Shown: in pieces, positions 17,359 through 27,301 of the stretch | How positions within the stretch are numbered: position 1 is the first letter of the stretch | Layout: each line of letters starts with the position of its first letter | Source: Terrimicrobiaceae bacterium | GTDB taxonomy: Bacteria > Verrucomicrobiota > Verrucomicrobiia > Chthoniobacterales > Terrimicrobiaceae | Assembly (NCBI GenBank): GCA_044342325.1 | Contig: JBIIPZ010000002.1 | Span: 64,001 to 128,000 of the forward strand | DNA length: 64,000 nucleotides | Direction: 5' to 3' | Program-made: the position numbers and the translations under genes | Notes under the pieces: generated by a model | The model's database searches: none | Told to the model about the DNA's origin: nothing | What the model saw: the letters and a program-made list of their open reading frames with translations, nothing else

Positions 17359-20096
17359 GTCAGCCTCCCGAACCGCACACGCTTGAAAAATCCGCCCTCG
17401 AACTCTCCAAGAGTGCCCGTGCCGGAAACAACGACCCGGTCATTCTTTTTAAAAACTTCCGCAAGGAGGAGGAGGAGCGCCTGCGTTCCTGGCACGATGC
17501 CGGTGGCGGTGGGCGCGAGATTGCCCGTCAGCGCTCGGACATGGTCGATATCCTGTTCCGCGAGCTTTTCGATGATGTCGTGCGCCGCGTGGCGAAAAAA
17601 TCCCTCGCCGGTCGCTTGACGGTCGCGGCTTTTGGAGGCTACGGCCGTCGCGAACTCACGCCGATGAGCGATGTGGATATTCTCTTCCTGCAGAATAAAA
17701 ACACCGCGGACAAAGAAGTGGAGGAAATCATCCGCCAGACGCTCGTGGCTCTCTGGGATATAGGCTTCAAGGTCGGACACGCAACGCGATCGATCAGCGA
17801 GGCCGTGGAGAAATGCAACGAGGATCCGATCACAAAAACCTCGATGCTTGAGTGCCGATTCCTGGCCGGCGAGCGCGAGATTTTCAACCGCTTCAAGGAC
17901 CGCTTCCACGACGAGTGCGTGCGCGGCCACGCCGACCAATACACCGCTTGGCGGTTGGCGAACCAAGCTGAGCTGCGCGTCAAATACGGCCGCACCGTCT
18001 TCATGCAGGAGCCGAACATCAAGAGCGGCACGGGCAGTCTGCGCGATTACCAGAGTCTGCTCTGGATTTCCCAATTCAAGCTGGGGATCAACACCACCGC
18101 GAAGCTGGTCGAGGCCAAGGTTCTTCGTGATGGCGACCGGCGACGCCTTGAGAAAAGTTATGACTTCATGCTGCGCACCCGCGCCGCCATGCAATACCTG
18201 AACGGCCGCTCGGCTGATGTCCTCACCCTCCAGCTCCAGGGGCGTGTGGCCAATGAATTCAGCTATCCCCAGAAAAACATCCTCCGCAAGGTCGAGGCCT
18301 TCATGCGCGACTACTATGGCCATGCGCGGACGATCTACCTGGTTACCGAGGCAGCGCTCCGGAAAATGGAGGTCATTCCCGATGCACGCCCAAAGGGGAT
18401 TCTCAGCCTCTTCGGTGTTCGACAGAAACCTGAGAAACTCGATCGTTTCATCATTCGAAATGGCAAGCTCGAACCCGAGTCGCGCGAGATTTTCAATGAC
18501 GACCCCTATCGGCTCATGCGGGCCTTCCACCACGCCCAGGTCCGCCAACTCGAATTCCACCCTGAGCTTGTGGATCTCATCCGCCGCCGTCTGCACCTGA
18601 TCGACCGCACTTTCCAATACGCCATTGCCGCGAGGGAGACCTTCTTCGCCATTCTGTCCCGCAAGGGGGAAGTCGGGCGGACTCTGCGACTCATGCATGA
18701 TCTGGGAGTCCTGGGTCGCTACATTCCCGAGTTCGGCGCGCTGGATTGTCTCGTTCAGCACGAGTTTTTCCACCGCTACACGGCAGATGAGCACACGCTC
18801 GTCTGCATCGAGAAGCTCGACGGCGTTCTCTTCGCAGCGGAAAAAAAACTCGCCGGCTACCGGCAGATTTTTCAGAAGCTCGAAGACCCCTCGATTCTTT
18901 ATCTCTCGATCTTGCTCCATGATGTCGGGAAGGCCGCCAACACGCGCCATCACGAAGAGACCGGAGCCGTCCTAGCCCACAAGGTCGCGCGTCGGCTTCA
19001 GCTTACCCCCGATCGTCGTCGTATGCTCCTGACGCTGGTGGATTCGCACTATGTCCTCTCCAAGATGGCTCAAAGCCGGAATCTCGAGGACTCTGCCACG
19101 ATCGAGGAGTTCGGGCGTATTATCCGCAACAGGAAAAACCTCGACGCCCTCATGCTGCTCACGCTCGCGGACGGCATGGGCACCAGTGACCAGAATTGGT
19201 CCGATTGGAAAGAGGGTCTCGTATGGACACTCTACCGCCGCGCGGGCCAATGGCTCGAAGGTGGTGTCGATGCCATGGAGCAGAGTCGCCGCGACCGCCA
19301 GGTGCAGAGAAGCATGGTGCTTGAGATTATCGGTGATGGATTTCGTGATGAGGCGGATGCCCACTTCCAGTTCATGCCGATGCGGTATTTTCAAATGTAT
19401 GAGCCGCTCGAGATTGCCGATCACATGCGGCTGTTCCGGCAATTCTTCGAGAACCGAAATGCCGATGACGACACGGCGCTTGTTCCCGTATTCAAATGGA
19501 TCCCTCGCCCGGAGAAAGGCTACACCGAGGTGTGGGTTTGCGGTTGGGACCGCCCGCGCCTCCTGGAGCGCATCGCCGGGGCATTTCTGTCGGTGCGATT
19601 GAACATTCTCAGCGCCGATATTTTTACCCGCACGGACAGCCTCGCCCTCGATATCTTCCGTGTGGCCGGGACGAATCTCATGCCGATCACCAGCCCGCGC
19701 GATATCGTTTCTGTGGAGAAGCACCTCGCCGAGGCGCTGCACCATGAGGACTATGATTTCCGTCCGTTGCTCAGCAAGGAGACGCGCCTTCTCACCTATC
19801 GCCTCTCGCAAGAGTTCGACCTGCCCACGCTCATCAAAATCGACAACGAGTCGCACCCGGTTTACACGCTCATCGATATCCAAACCCCCGACCGTCTCGG
19901 GCTTCTCTACGACCTCCTGCGGGCCATGGGTGACTGCGGGCTTCGTATCGAGATTTCCCGCATCACGACCGAGATGGATGTCGCGATGGACTCCTTTTAC
20001 GTCTATGGGCGTGATGGAGAAAAAATCACCTCCACACCGGCCATCAAGCATCTTCAAGAGGCCCTGCACCGAGCTGCCGTGAAGAATCCCGAATGA
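17355..20096 (+). CDS. glnD: [Protein-PII] uridylyltransferase
   Basis: GGYGRREL.P.SDVD, EPNIK...G.LRD, FHRYT.DEH, LLHDVGK, two C-terminal ACT domains. Confidence 0.95.
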   Translation: MSQPPEPHTLEKSALELSKSARAGNNDPVILFKNFRKEEEERLRSWHDAGGGGREIARQRSDMVDILFRELFDDVVRRVAKKSLAGRLTVAAFGGYGRRELTPMSDVDILFLQNKNTADKEVEEIIRQTLVALWDIGFKVGHATRSISEAVEKCNEDPITKTSMLECRFLAGEREIFNRFKDRFHDECVRGHADQYTAWRLANQAELRVKYGRTVFMQEPNIKSGTGSLRDYQSLLWISQFKLGINTTAKLVEAKVLRDGDRRRLEKSYDFMLRTRAAMQYLNGRSADVLTLQLQGRVANEFSYPQKNILRKVEAFMRDYYGHARTIYLVTEAALRKMEVIPDARPKGILSLFGVRQKPEKLDRFIIRNGKLEPESREIFNDDPYRLMRAFHHAQVRQLEFHPELVDLIRRRLHLIDRTFQYAIAARETFFAILSRKGEVGRTLRLMHDLGVLGRYIPEFGALDCLVQHEFFHRYTADEHTLVCIEKLDGVLFAAEKKLAGYRQIFQKLEDPSILYLSILLHDVGKAANTRHHEETGAVLAHKVARRLQLTPDRRRMLLTLVDSHYVLSKMAQSRNLEDSATIEEFGRIIRNRKNLDALMLLTLADGMGTSDQNWSDWKEGLVWTLYRRAGQWLEGGVDAMEQSRRDRQVQRSMVLEIIGDGFRDEADAHFQFMPMRYFQMYEPLEIADHMRLFRQFFENRNADDDTALVPVFKWIPRPEKGYTEVWVCGWDRPRLLERIAGAFLSVRLNILSADIFTRTDSLALDIFRVAGTNLMPITSPRDIVSVEKHLAEALHHEDYDFRPLLSKETRLLTYRLSQEFDLPTLIKIDNESHPVYTLIDIQTPDRLGLLYDLLRAMGDCGLRIEISRITTEMDVAMDSFYVYGRDGEKITSTPAIKHLQEALHRAAVKNPE

Positions 20097-22612
20097 CTCC
20101 CCGGTTTGTGGCTCTTTTCTGGAGGCAGATTGTCCGTCCATGGGCAGCGCACCCCCTTCTGCCGCTGCTCAACATCCTCGGCATAGCCATCGGTGTTGCG
20201 GTTTTCCTTTCGATTCAGATGGCCAATCGAGGCGCTCTGGCGAGTTTTCAAAATGCCGTTGGCCTTGTTGCGGGTCGCGCGAATCTCGAAATCCGGGGCG
20301 ATTTGCCTGAGGAGATTTTTCCGCTCGTTGCCAAGACGCCCGGCGTCAGTTCGGCCACGCCGCTTGTTGAAGGCATAGCCACCCTGCCGGAGCGCCCTGG
20401 CGATTACTTGCGCATTCTTGGAGTGGACCCTTTCACCGGATCCAACCTGAGGGTTTTTGAACTCATCGATCCGGCTGGCGCTCCGCTTGATCTGGAAATG
20501 TGGCTGCGGGAGGCGGATGTCATTGCGCTGCCTCCCGGTCGTGAATTGCCTGAGGAATTCCGTGTTCTAGCCGCCGGTCGGTCCGTGACCTTGCGACATG
20601 GATTTGATCTCAAGACAGACGATGCCGCCGTGGCATCCGATCCCCGTATCGCTGCGATGGATATCGGCTGGGCGCAGCAGTTGCTCGATCTGGGTGGACG
20701 CCTCACATCCATTCAGATTCGCGTTGAGGATCCGCTCGCGCTAGATGCCGTCATGGAAGCTCTCCGAAAAATCGCTCCTCCGGATGCGCTCATCGGTCCT
20801 CCAGCCCGCCGGGGTGCGGAGACAGAGCTCATGCTGGCCGCCTTCCAACTCAACCTGACCGCCCTGAGCCTCGTTTCCATGGTTGTTGGAGTCTATCTCA
20901 TCTACAACAGCCTCTCGGCGGCCGTCGTCCGCAGGCGGCATGAAATCGGCATCCTTCGCGCAAATGGAGCCACCAAGCTCGAAGTGATGGCGCTTTTTCT
21001 TGGTGAGGGCCTTTGCTGCGGTTTTTTGGGAACGCTGCTCGGCCTTGCCCTGGCGGGCCCCTTGGCCGCGATCCTCGCCGCGCCTGTGAGCCAGACGGTT
21101 TCTTCCCTCTATGCGTTGGTCACGATTGAGCGCCCTGTTCTCACTCCCGGTCAAGTGCTGCTGGCCTTTGCCGTTGGCCTCGGATCCTCGCTCATCGCCG
21201 CTTGGCGTCCGGCATCGGAAGCGGCGGCCTGCGATCCTGCTCTCGTAATTCGTCCGGGCTCGCAGGGAGACTCGTTCTCGCATGAATCCCGCCACTGGGG
21301 AACTTGGGGCCTCGTCTGTCTGATCCTCTCGGCAGGACTCTCCTGGGGAGCGCTCCACGGCGGGGGAAAATTTCTCGGGTTTGCCTCTGTGGCCTTGCTC
21401 ATAGCTGGTTTTTCGCTGCTCGTGCCATCGGTGGTGAATCTCTTCGTTCGGCGCATTCACGGGCCGGGGTGGATGGTCCGCCTCGCGGCACAGCACCTCG
21501 GGCGCTCCCTGCATCGCAATGCCGTTACCATCGCTGCCCTTGCTGTGGCTGTCGCTATGACGGTGAGCGTTTCCGTGATGATCCACTCGTTCCGCGCCAG
21601 CGTGACCTCTTGGCTTGGCAATACGCTCGTCGCCGATCTTTTTATCGCCCCCGCCGCCAATGAAATTGCAGGGCTCCAGAGTTTCCTGCCATCCGCCGCT
21701 GTGGAGTGGGTGCAAAGCGATTCCCGGGTTAAGGAACTCGCCACCTTCCGAGAAATGCCGGTGCCCTGGGGCGAAAAGAGCGCTAACCTCGCGATTATCG
21801 AGGGCAGTGCACGCGGCGAATTGGATTTCGTCGCCGGCCCGCCCGATGCCCGCGCCCTATTCTATCAACCGGGCATGGTCGCCGTCTCGGAGAGTTTTGC
21901 GAACCGCCATGGCACAAAGCCCGGTGATGTTTTGGAGTTTTCCTCACCCAAGGGTCCGGCTGCATTCCGTGTTGTGGGAGTGATCAAAGATTTCACGCGG
22001 GACAGCGGTCTGGTGATGATCGATCGCCCCAACTTCCGCCAATTCTGGAGCGATGAGCGCCTCCACTCGCTTTCGATCAGCTTGCGTGATCCCGCCAACG
22101 CAGCCGCTTTCGCAGAGGATTTTCGAGCCACTTTTGGGCGCGCTGGCGAGTTTTCGATTTATACAAATTCCGACCTGCGCCGACGCGTCATGGAAATTTT
22201 CGACCAGACCTTCGCCGTCACTTCCGTCCTGCGGGCCATCGCTGTGGTCGTGGCGATCGCAGGCGTCCTGCTCTCGCTCACCACACTCGTTGTCGAGCGC
22301 GAGCGCGAAATCGGTATTCTCCGTTCTCAAGGTGCCTCTTGCGGCCAAGTGCGAGGACTCATCCTCTCCGAAGCCGCCATGATCGGTCTGCTCGCTGCCA
22401 TCGTCGGCCTCCTGTGCGGCGCTTCCATGGCCATGGTGCTCACTTGGGTCATCAACAAAGCTTTCTTCGGCTGGACCATCGAACTCCGCTACCCGCTTGG
22501 CGTCCTCCTTTCAACCCCGCTTTGGATTATCCCAGCCGCCGTCTTCGCCGCTTGGCTCCCCGCTCGCCGAGCCTCGCTCATCTCGCCTGCCAGAGCGCTT
22601 CGGTTCGAGTAA
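20093..22612 (+). CDS. ABC transporter permease, FtsX/MacB-like (duplicated)
   Basis: Two RR.EIGILR..GA motifs, two periplasmic domains, C-terminal ALRFE. Confidence 0.88.
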   Translation: MTPRFVALFWRQIVRPWAAHPLLPLLNILGIAIGVAVFLSIQMANRGALASFQNAVGLVAGRANLEIRGDLPEEIFPLVAKTPGVSSATPLVEGIATLPERPGDYLRILGVDPFTGSNLRVFELIDPAGAPLDLEMWLREADVIALPPGRELPEEFRVLAAGRSVTLRHGFDLKTDDAAVASDPRIAAMDIGWAQQLLDLGGRLTSIQIRVEDPLALDAVMEALRKIAPPDALIGPPARRGAETELMLAAFQLNLTALSLVSMVVGVYLIYNSLSAAVVRRRHEIGILRANGATKLEVMALFLGEGLCCGFLGTLLGLALAGPLAAILAAPVSQTVSSLYALVTIERPVLTPGQVLLAFAVGLGSSLIAAWRPASEAAACDPALVIRPGSQGDSFSHESRHWGTWGLVCLILSAGLSWGALHGGGKFLGFASVALLIAGFSLLVPSVVNLFVRRIHGPGWMVRLAAQHLGRSLHRNAVTIAALAVAVAMTVSVSVMIHSFRASVTSWLGNTLVADLFIAPAANEIAGLQSFLPSAAVEWVQSDSRVKELATFREMPVPWGEKSANLAIIEGSARGELDFVAGPPDARALFYQPGMVAVSESFANRHGTKPGDVLEFSSPKGPAAFRVVGVIKDFTRDSGLVMIDRPNFRQFWSDERLHSLSISLRDPANAAAFAEDFRATFGRAGEFSIYTNSDLRRRVMEIFDQTFAVTSVLRAIAVVVAIAGVLLSLTTLVVEREREIGILRSQGASCGQVRGLILSEAAMIGLLAAIVGLLCGASMAMVLTWVINKAFFGWTIELRYPLGVLLSTPLWIIPAAVFAAWLPARRASLISPARALRFE

Positions 22613-22673
22613 GGCAATCCCGCCCCGGTTTTCGCTCCCCTCGAGTTGAGCTTTCTTGGTAATTGTCCAATGA

Positions 22674-23501
22674 ATGAAACATCTCTTTGTCTTTTTGACT
22701 GCTTTCTTTGGCTTCTCAGTCTTCGTCTCTGCGGCTGAGACTGCAAATGCGGCCACCGTCGTGGATTGGTCGGCTGGCTGGATTCAAAATCCCAGCGCTT
22801 GGGCGACTCTTGCTCTCTTAGTCGGGCTCGAGCTGGTGCTTGGCATCGACAACATTCTGGTCATCACTCTTGTCGTGGGACGCATCGATCCATCGCTCAG
22901 GGATAAGGCACGGATGATCGGGCTGTTTCTGGCACTGGCCATGCGTCTCGCTGCCCTTTGTGGAGCGAGCCTGCTCATCAGCATGAGCAATCCGGTGACC
23001 TCGCTTTTCGGTTTCAACCTCTCGGTGAAAGATCTCATTCTGCTGAGTGGCGGGCTGTTTCTTACATGGAAGGCTGTGAAGGAAATCCACCACTGCGTGG
23101 AAAATCCCACACCGCAAGGTGGAGCGAGTCTTGGCGGCGCTGTGACGGCAACCTTTGCTTCCGCGATTCTTCAGATCGTGCTTCTGGATGCGGTCTTCTC
23201 GATTGATTCGGTCATCACGGCTGTGGGGCTCACATCCAGCATGCAGGTGATCATCATAGCAGTGTTGGGTTCATTTGGAGTCGTGCTGGCTTTTGCCAAA
23301 CCCATCGGAGAGTTCGTCGTCCGCCATGCCGCTCTAAAAATATTGGCACTCTCTTTTCTGATCTGCATCGGAATGACCCTGATTCTTGAAGGTCTGCACA
23401 AGCATGTGGAAAAGGAATTCCTCTACCTGCCCATGGGATTCGCCCTGTTGGTGGAAATGCTGCAAATGCGCGCGAGCCGGAATGCGACCCGACAGCAGTA
23501 A
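22674..23501 (+). CDS. TerC family membrane protein
   Basis: LELVLGIDN, LDAVFSIDSVITAVG, KILALSFL. Confidence 0.92.
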   Translation: MKHLFVFLTAFFGFSVFVSAAETANAATVVDWSAGWIQNPSAWATLALLVGLELVLGIDNILVITLVVGRIDPSLRDKARMIGLFLALAMRLAALCGASLLISMSNPVTSLFGFNLSVKDLILLSGGLFLTWKAVKEIHHCVENPTPQGGASLGGAVTATFASAILQIVLLDAVFSIDSVITAVGLTSSMQVIIIAVLGSFGVVLAFAKPIGEFVVRHAALKILALSFLICIGMTLILEGLHKHVEKEFLYLPMGFALLVEMLQMRASRNATRQQ

Positions 23502-23552
23502 TGCCGGGCGATTTCATTTGCCTTGCCCCAGACCGCCGAGCATAACGGCGCG

Positions 23553-24200
23553 ATGAGCGAGTTTATTGATTTTTTCCTGAACGCCGAAAAGCACCTTGAG
23601 TGGTTTATCAAAAACTACGATCTGTGGATTTACGCCCTGCTTTTCGCCATTATTTTCTGTGAGACTGGCCTCATCGTGACGCCGTTTTTGCCCGGCGATT
23701 CCCTGCTTTTTGCTGTGGGAGCCCTTGCTGGCAAAGGTCTCATCGATTGGAAAATCATCACCCCCCTGCTGCTGGTGGCGGCCATCGTTGGCGATGGCGT
23801 GAACTACGCGATCGGAAAATGGCTGGGACCAAAGGTTTTTCACTACGAGTCGAACCGCTTCCTCAACAAGGCGCACCTCATGAAAGCCCACGCCTTCTAT
23901 GAAAAATACGGTGGACGCGCCATAATTCTGGCCCGTTTCGTTCCCATCGTTCGCACCTTCGCGCCCTTTGTGGCTGGCGTTGGCTCGATGACCTACTCGA
24001 AGTTTGCCTTTTACAATGTGACCGGTGCGATCCTCTGGATCGGGATCTTCCTCGGCGGCGGCTACTACTTTGGTGGTCTCGAAATCGTGCAGAAAAACAT
24101 GAAGCTCGTGATCCTCGGAATCATCGTCGTTTCAGTCCTGCCGATCGCATGGGAATTCTTCAAAGCCTGGCTCGAAAAACGCCGCGAAAACGCAGCGTAG
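23553..24200 (+). CDS. dedA: DedA family membrane protein
   Basis: FCETGL...PFLPGDSLLF, ARFVPIVRTFAPFVAG. Confidence 0.93.
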   Translation: MSEFIDFFLNAEKHLEWFIKNYDLWIYALLFAIIFCETGLIVTPFLPGDSLLFAVGALAGKGLIDWKIITPLLLVAAIVGDGVNYAIGKWLGPKVFHYESNRFLNKAHLMKAHAFYEKYGGRAIILARFVPIVRTFAPFVAGVGSMTYSKFAFYNVTGAILWIGIFLGGGYYFGGLEIVQKNMKLVILGIIVVSVLPIAWEFFKAWLEKRRENAA

Positions 24201-24210
24201 GTTTGAATTA

Positions 24211-24270
24211 CCGCTCCTCGCGAGTCGGATTCACCGGCCTGCCGCCCTGCTTCGAATCCAACTCAAGCGG
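24211..24270. terminator. Stem-loop between convergent dedA and immA-like genes (possible bidirectional terminator)
   Basis: gagtcggattc (24222-24232) / gaatccaactc (24254-24264) with outer ccgct/agcgg; no U tract. Confidence 0.35.
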
Positions 24271-24865
24271 CTGTCCATAATCCGTCGCGATCAAGACGGA
24301 CGGCGATGACTTGTGAGTTCACGCCAAAGCGAGGTGCAATTTTTTCTGCGAATTTGTCGCGCAGCGGGCCGCTTGTCATGAAATTTGGAACCAATCGTTC
24401 GGCTTCCGGTGCAAACTCGTCAAATAATGCTGCGAGCCGTGTTTCCGGAACAAGCAGACGCCCGGCAAATTCGTTTGCCTCCTGCTCGACAGTGTATTTC
24501 CGGCCGTGATTGTTTGCCGTCCAACGCGCAAAATCGTGTAGGGATTTGAAATCGGATTCCTGAGGAAGATCCCGATGAAGAAAGTAGTGGGCGAGCTCAT
24601 GTGCCACCGTGAAGCGCAATCGGTTGAGTTTCCATTCCGGACCTCTTTCCATCAACGCGTATTGCTCGGCATCCAGATAGATGCCGCTGAAATCCACCTT
24701 GATGGCCGCATCCACACGATACTTCGCAGCCAAGTCATCAAATGGGATGGCGTCCAGACCGATATCGATTTCAAAAAAAGTAAAAACATCAATCGGGGTG
24801 CGATCTTCTTTCAAGATTTCGAAATGGCCCCGTAGTTCTTCGATTTTGTCCCAAACATTTTCCAT
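24263..24865 (-). CDS. ImmA/IrrE family zinc metallopeptidase (DUF955)
   Basis: RLRFTVAHELAHYFLH (HExxH), EQEANEFAGRLLVP, C-terminal HTH-like RFGVNS. Confidence 0.93.
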   Translation of the reverse strand: MENVWDKIEELRGHFEILKEDRTPIDVFTFFEIDIGLDAIPFDDLAAKYRVDAAIKVDFSGIYLDAEQYALMERGPEWKLNRLRFTVAHELAHYFLHRDLPQESDFKSLHDFARWTANNHGRKYTVEQEANEFAGRLLVPETRLAALFDEFAPEAERLVPNFMTSGPLRDKFAEKIAPRFGVNSQVIAVRLDRDGLWTAA

Positions 24866-24877
24866 TAGTGAGATGGC

Positions 24878-25249
24878 TTAGACCCTGTCGGCGGTGTGCA
24901 GTTTTTTGATATCCTCAGCGAGGCTCTCCAGTTCCTTGTCGCTGAGTTCGTGCCCTCGGGCTGCACGGAAGAAGGCGGGAAGAGCGCGTTGAAGGATTTG
25001 GTGGTCTGCCACATCGGCAGGAATTTCGCGCCTTTGAAGAGCTGCTTCGTCCATGAAGGCCAGTTTGTTCGCTCCAGCGAGTCCAAAGAAATCCGCTAAC
25101 CGCTCCAGAAGACTGATATCGCCAGGAGGCGGATTCACCCCTCGCTCAACTTTGCTCCAATTGCTCGGATCGAGGCCGTTTTGAGCGCAGAAATCACGCA
25201 AAGTTAATTTCTTCTGAATTCGAAGGGATTTGATGGTTTCGTTAAACAT
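24878..25249 (-). CDS. XRE family HTH transcriptional regulator
   Basis: IKSLR....TLRDF....GLDPSNWSKVERG...P. Confidence 0.92.
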   Translation of the reverse strand: MFNETIKSLRIQKKLTLRDFCAQNGLDPSNWSKVERGVNPPPGDISLLERLADFFGLAGANKLAFMDEAALQRREIPADVADHQILQRALPAFFRAARGHELSDKELESLAEDIKKLHTADRV

Positions 25250-25267
25250 GGAAATTCATTCGTTGGC

Positions 25268-25294
25268 GTGGTAGAAAAATACCACACTCGTCAA
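25268..25294 (-). promoter_or_regulatory. Candidate XRE operator next to a -35 element
   Basis: Perfect inverted repeat GTGGTA-N6-TACCAC (25268-25285); TTGACG on minus strand at 25289-25294. Confidence 0.55.
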
Positions 25295-25408
25295 GTCTCT
25301 GCTTTTGCAAAAATTCAGGATCCCACTTCGTCCCAGATGCATGAGTCGAGCGTTGAAATTTGATCATTAAATGGACTGGCCAAAATGATCATCTCCAGCG
25401 GAGCCGTT

Positions 25409-26956
25409 TTACTCCTGCGGCGCGATGCGTGGAAACAGCGGGACGGGCTCGCCGAGCTGATGGCCCTCCGGGAGCACGCCCCATGCTATGGCTGCGAGGG
25501 AGGCGTCGCCCTGCCAGTTGAGTTGGGAGCGTATGGCATCCGCTTCGCGGGGGATGATCGGTGACATGAGGATCGAGATGATGCGCAGGGACTCGGAGAG
25601 CGTGTAGAGGACCTCGTCGAGTTTATCGGATTGGGCCGGGTCTTTGGCGAGTTTCCACGGGGCGGTTTCCTCTACATAGGCATTGCAGCGGGTCACGATC
25701 TCCATCGCGGCTTCGATGGCGGCCTGGACCTGATAGGATTTCATGGCTGCATCGTAGGCTGTGGTTTTTTCCTGAACGAAGGCGGCGAGAGGGGAGTCCA
25801 TTCGGCGCAGGATGCCGCTGCTGTAGCGCTTGGCCATGCTGAGGGTGCGGTTCAGCAGGTTGCCGAGGCTGTTGGCGAGTTCGGCGTTGTAGCGCTGCTC
25901 GAGTCGCTCGATGCTGAAATCGGCATCGCGTCCGGTGGAGATGTCGCTGAGCAGGTAATACCTCACTGCAGCTTGGCCGTAGCGGGCCACGAGGACTTCG
26001 GGGTCGATGCTATTTCCCAGGCTTTTGCTCATCTTGGCGCCGGAAATGTTCCACCAGCCATGGACGAGCAGCGTGGGCATCTCGGCATCGGTGAAGCCGA
26101 GGGCGCGGAGCATGATCATCCAGTAGATGCCGTGGGGTGGGATAAGGATGTCCTTGCCTATGACATGCAGGGCAGGCCAGCGGGATTTGAAAAGGCTGAG
26201 ATCGGCTCCCGGCTTGGCGTCGTAGCCGGCGAAGCTGATGTAGTTCGAGAGTGCGTCGAACCAGACATAGGTTACAAAGGCGGGATCAAACGGAAGCTCG
26301 ATGCCCCAGGTGAGGCGGGATTTTGGGCGGGAAATGCAGAGGTCTCCGGTGAGTTTCTCCACGGCATTTCGAAGCTCGGCGACGCGGAAATCGGGGACGA
26401 CGAGAGGATTCCCCGCTTGTGTGCGGGAGTCGATGAGGTTGAGCAACCAGTCGCGGTGTTCTGCGAGTTTGAAGTAGTAGTTCTCCTCCTCGATCTCGAC
26501 GACCTCGCCCCACTCGGGGCCGAACTCGCCGTCAGGGCCGCGTTCTTTTTCGGTGAGGAATTGCTCCTGGCGCACGCTGTAGTAGCCGCTTTGCGTGGCT
26601 TTGTAGAATTGGCCTTCGTCCCAGAGTCGCTGCAGCATGCCTTGCACGCAGGATTTGTGCAGGTTCTCCACGGTGGCGGCCCAGGCGTCATGGCTGAGGT
26701 CGAGTTTTTTCCAGAGTTCCACGAAGAGGCTGGTGATTTCGGCAACAAACTCTGCTGGTTCGACGCCTCGCTTCTGGGCGGATTGCTGCACCTTCTGTCC
26801 GTGCTGGTCCACGCCTGTGAGGAAGAAAACCTCGCGTCCGGCAAGGCGCTGGTGGCGGGCGATGGCGTCGGCGAGAACCTTCTCATAGGCGTGGCCGATG
26901 TGCGGCGCGCCATTGGTGTAGTCGATCGCGGTGGTGATGAAGAATGTGTTCGGCAT
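25409..26956 (-). CDS. metG: Methionine--tRNA ligase
   Basis: HIGH, DQHGQK, YVWFDAL, GKDI, KMSKS. Confidence 0.96.
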   Translation of the reverse strand: MPNTFFITTAIDYTNGAPHIGHAYEKVLADAIARHQRLAGREVFFLTGVDQHGQKVQQSAQKRGVEPAEFVAEITSLFVELWKKLDLSHDAWAATVENLHKSCVQGMLQRLWDEGQFYKATQSGYYSVRQEQFLTEKERGPDGEFGPEWGEVVEIEEENYYFKLAEHRDWLLNLIDSRTQAGNPLVVPDFRVAELRNAVEKLTGDLCISRPKSRLTWGIELPFDPAFVTYVWFDALSNYISFAGYDAKPGADLSLFKSRWPALHVIGKDILIPPHGIYWMIMLRALGFTDAEMPTLLVHGWWNISGAKMSKSLGNSIDPEVLVARYGQAAVRYYLLSDISTGRDADFSIERLEQRYNAELANSLGNLLNRTLSMAKRYSSGILRRMDSPLAAFVQEKTTAYDAAMKSYQVQAAIEAAMEIVTRCNAYVEETAPWKLAKDPAQSDKLDEVLYTLSESLRIISILMSPIIPREADAIRSQLNWQGDASLAAIAWGVLPEGHQLGEPVPLFPRIAPQE

Positions 26957-26962
26957 GGTGTG

Positions 26963-27301
26963 TCAGGAATCGGTTCTGATTTTTCCGCCCCAGGAGAGGA
27001 TGCGCGCCTTGCCGCCTGCGGCCTCGGCCTCCTTGATCTGGTTGTTGCGGACATGGAAGAGCGACAGGCTGGACCAAGCGAGCATGTCTTGCGGACGCAG
27101 CTTCACGGCTTGCAGGCCGGCTTCCACGGCCTCCGCGTTGCGGCCGTTTTTCATGAGCGACATACCGAGTGCGTGCCAGCCCTCGAAAAAATCGGGATCC
27201 ATCTCGACACAACGGCGGTATTTCTCGATCGCCGCCTCCAGGTCGCCAACAGCGATGTCGCCCGTGGCATCGTCGAAAATCTCGTCGATCTTTTGATCCA
27301 T
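26963..27301 (-). CDS. Tetratricopeptide repeat protein
   Basis: A...Y.....DP....W..LG and A....P....W..L TPR pattern; start overlaps upstream stop. Confidence 0.8.
   Translation of the reverse strand: MDQKIDEIFDDATGDIAVGDLEAAIEKYRRCVEMDPDFFEGWHALGMSLMKNGRNAEAVEAGLQAVKLRPQDMLAWSSLSLFHVRNNQIKEAEAAGGKARILSWGGKIRTDS

Noticed and set aside
24245..24265. tRNA 3' fragment / att site (TTCGAATCC)
   Set aside because: Lacks the G before TTC, the T-stem pairing and the acceptor end; better explained as one arm of a hairpin
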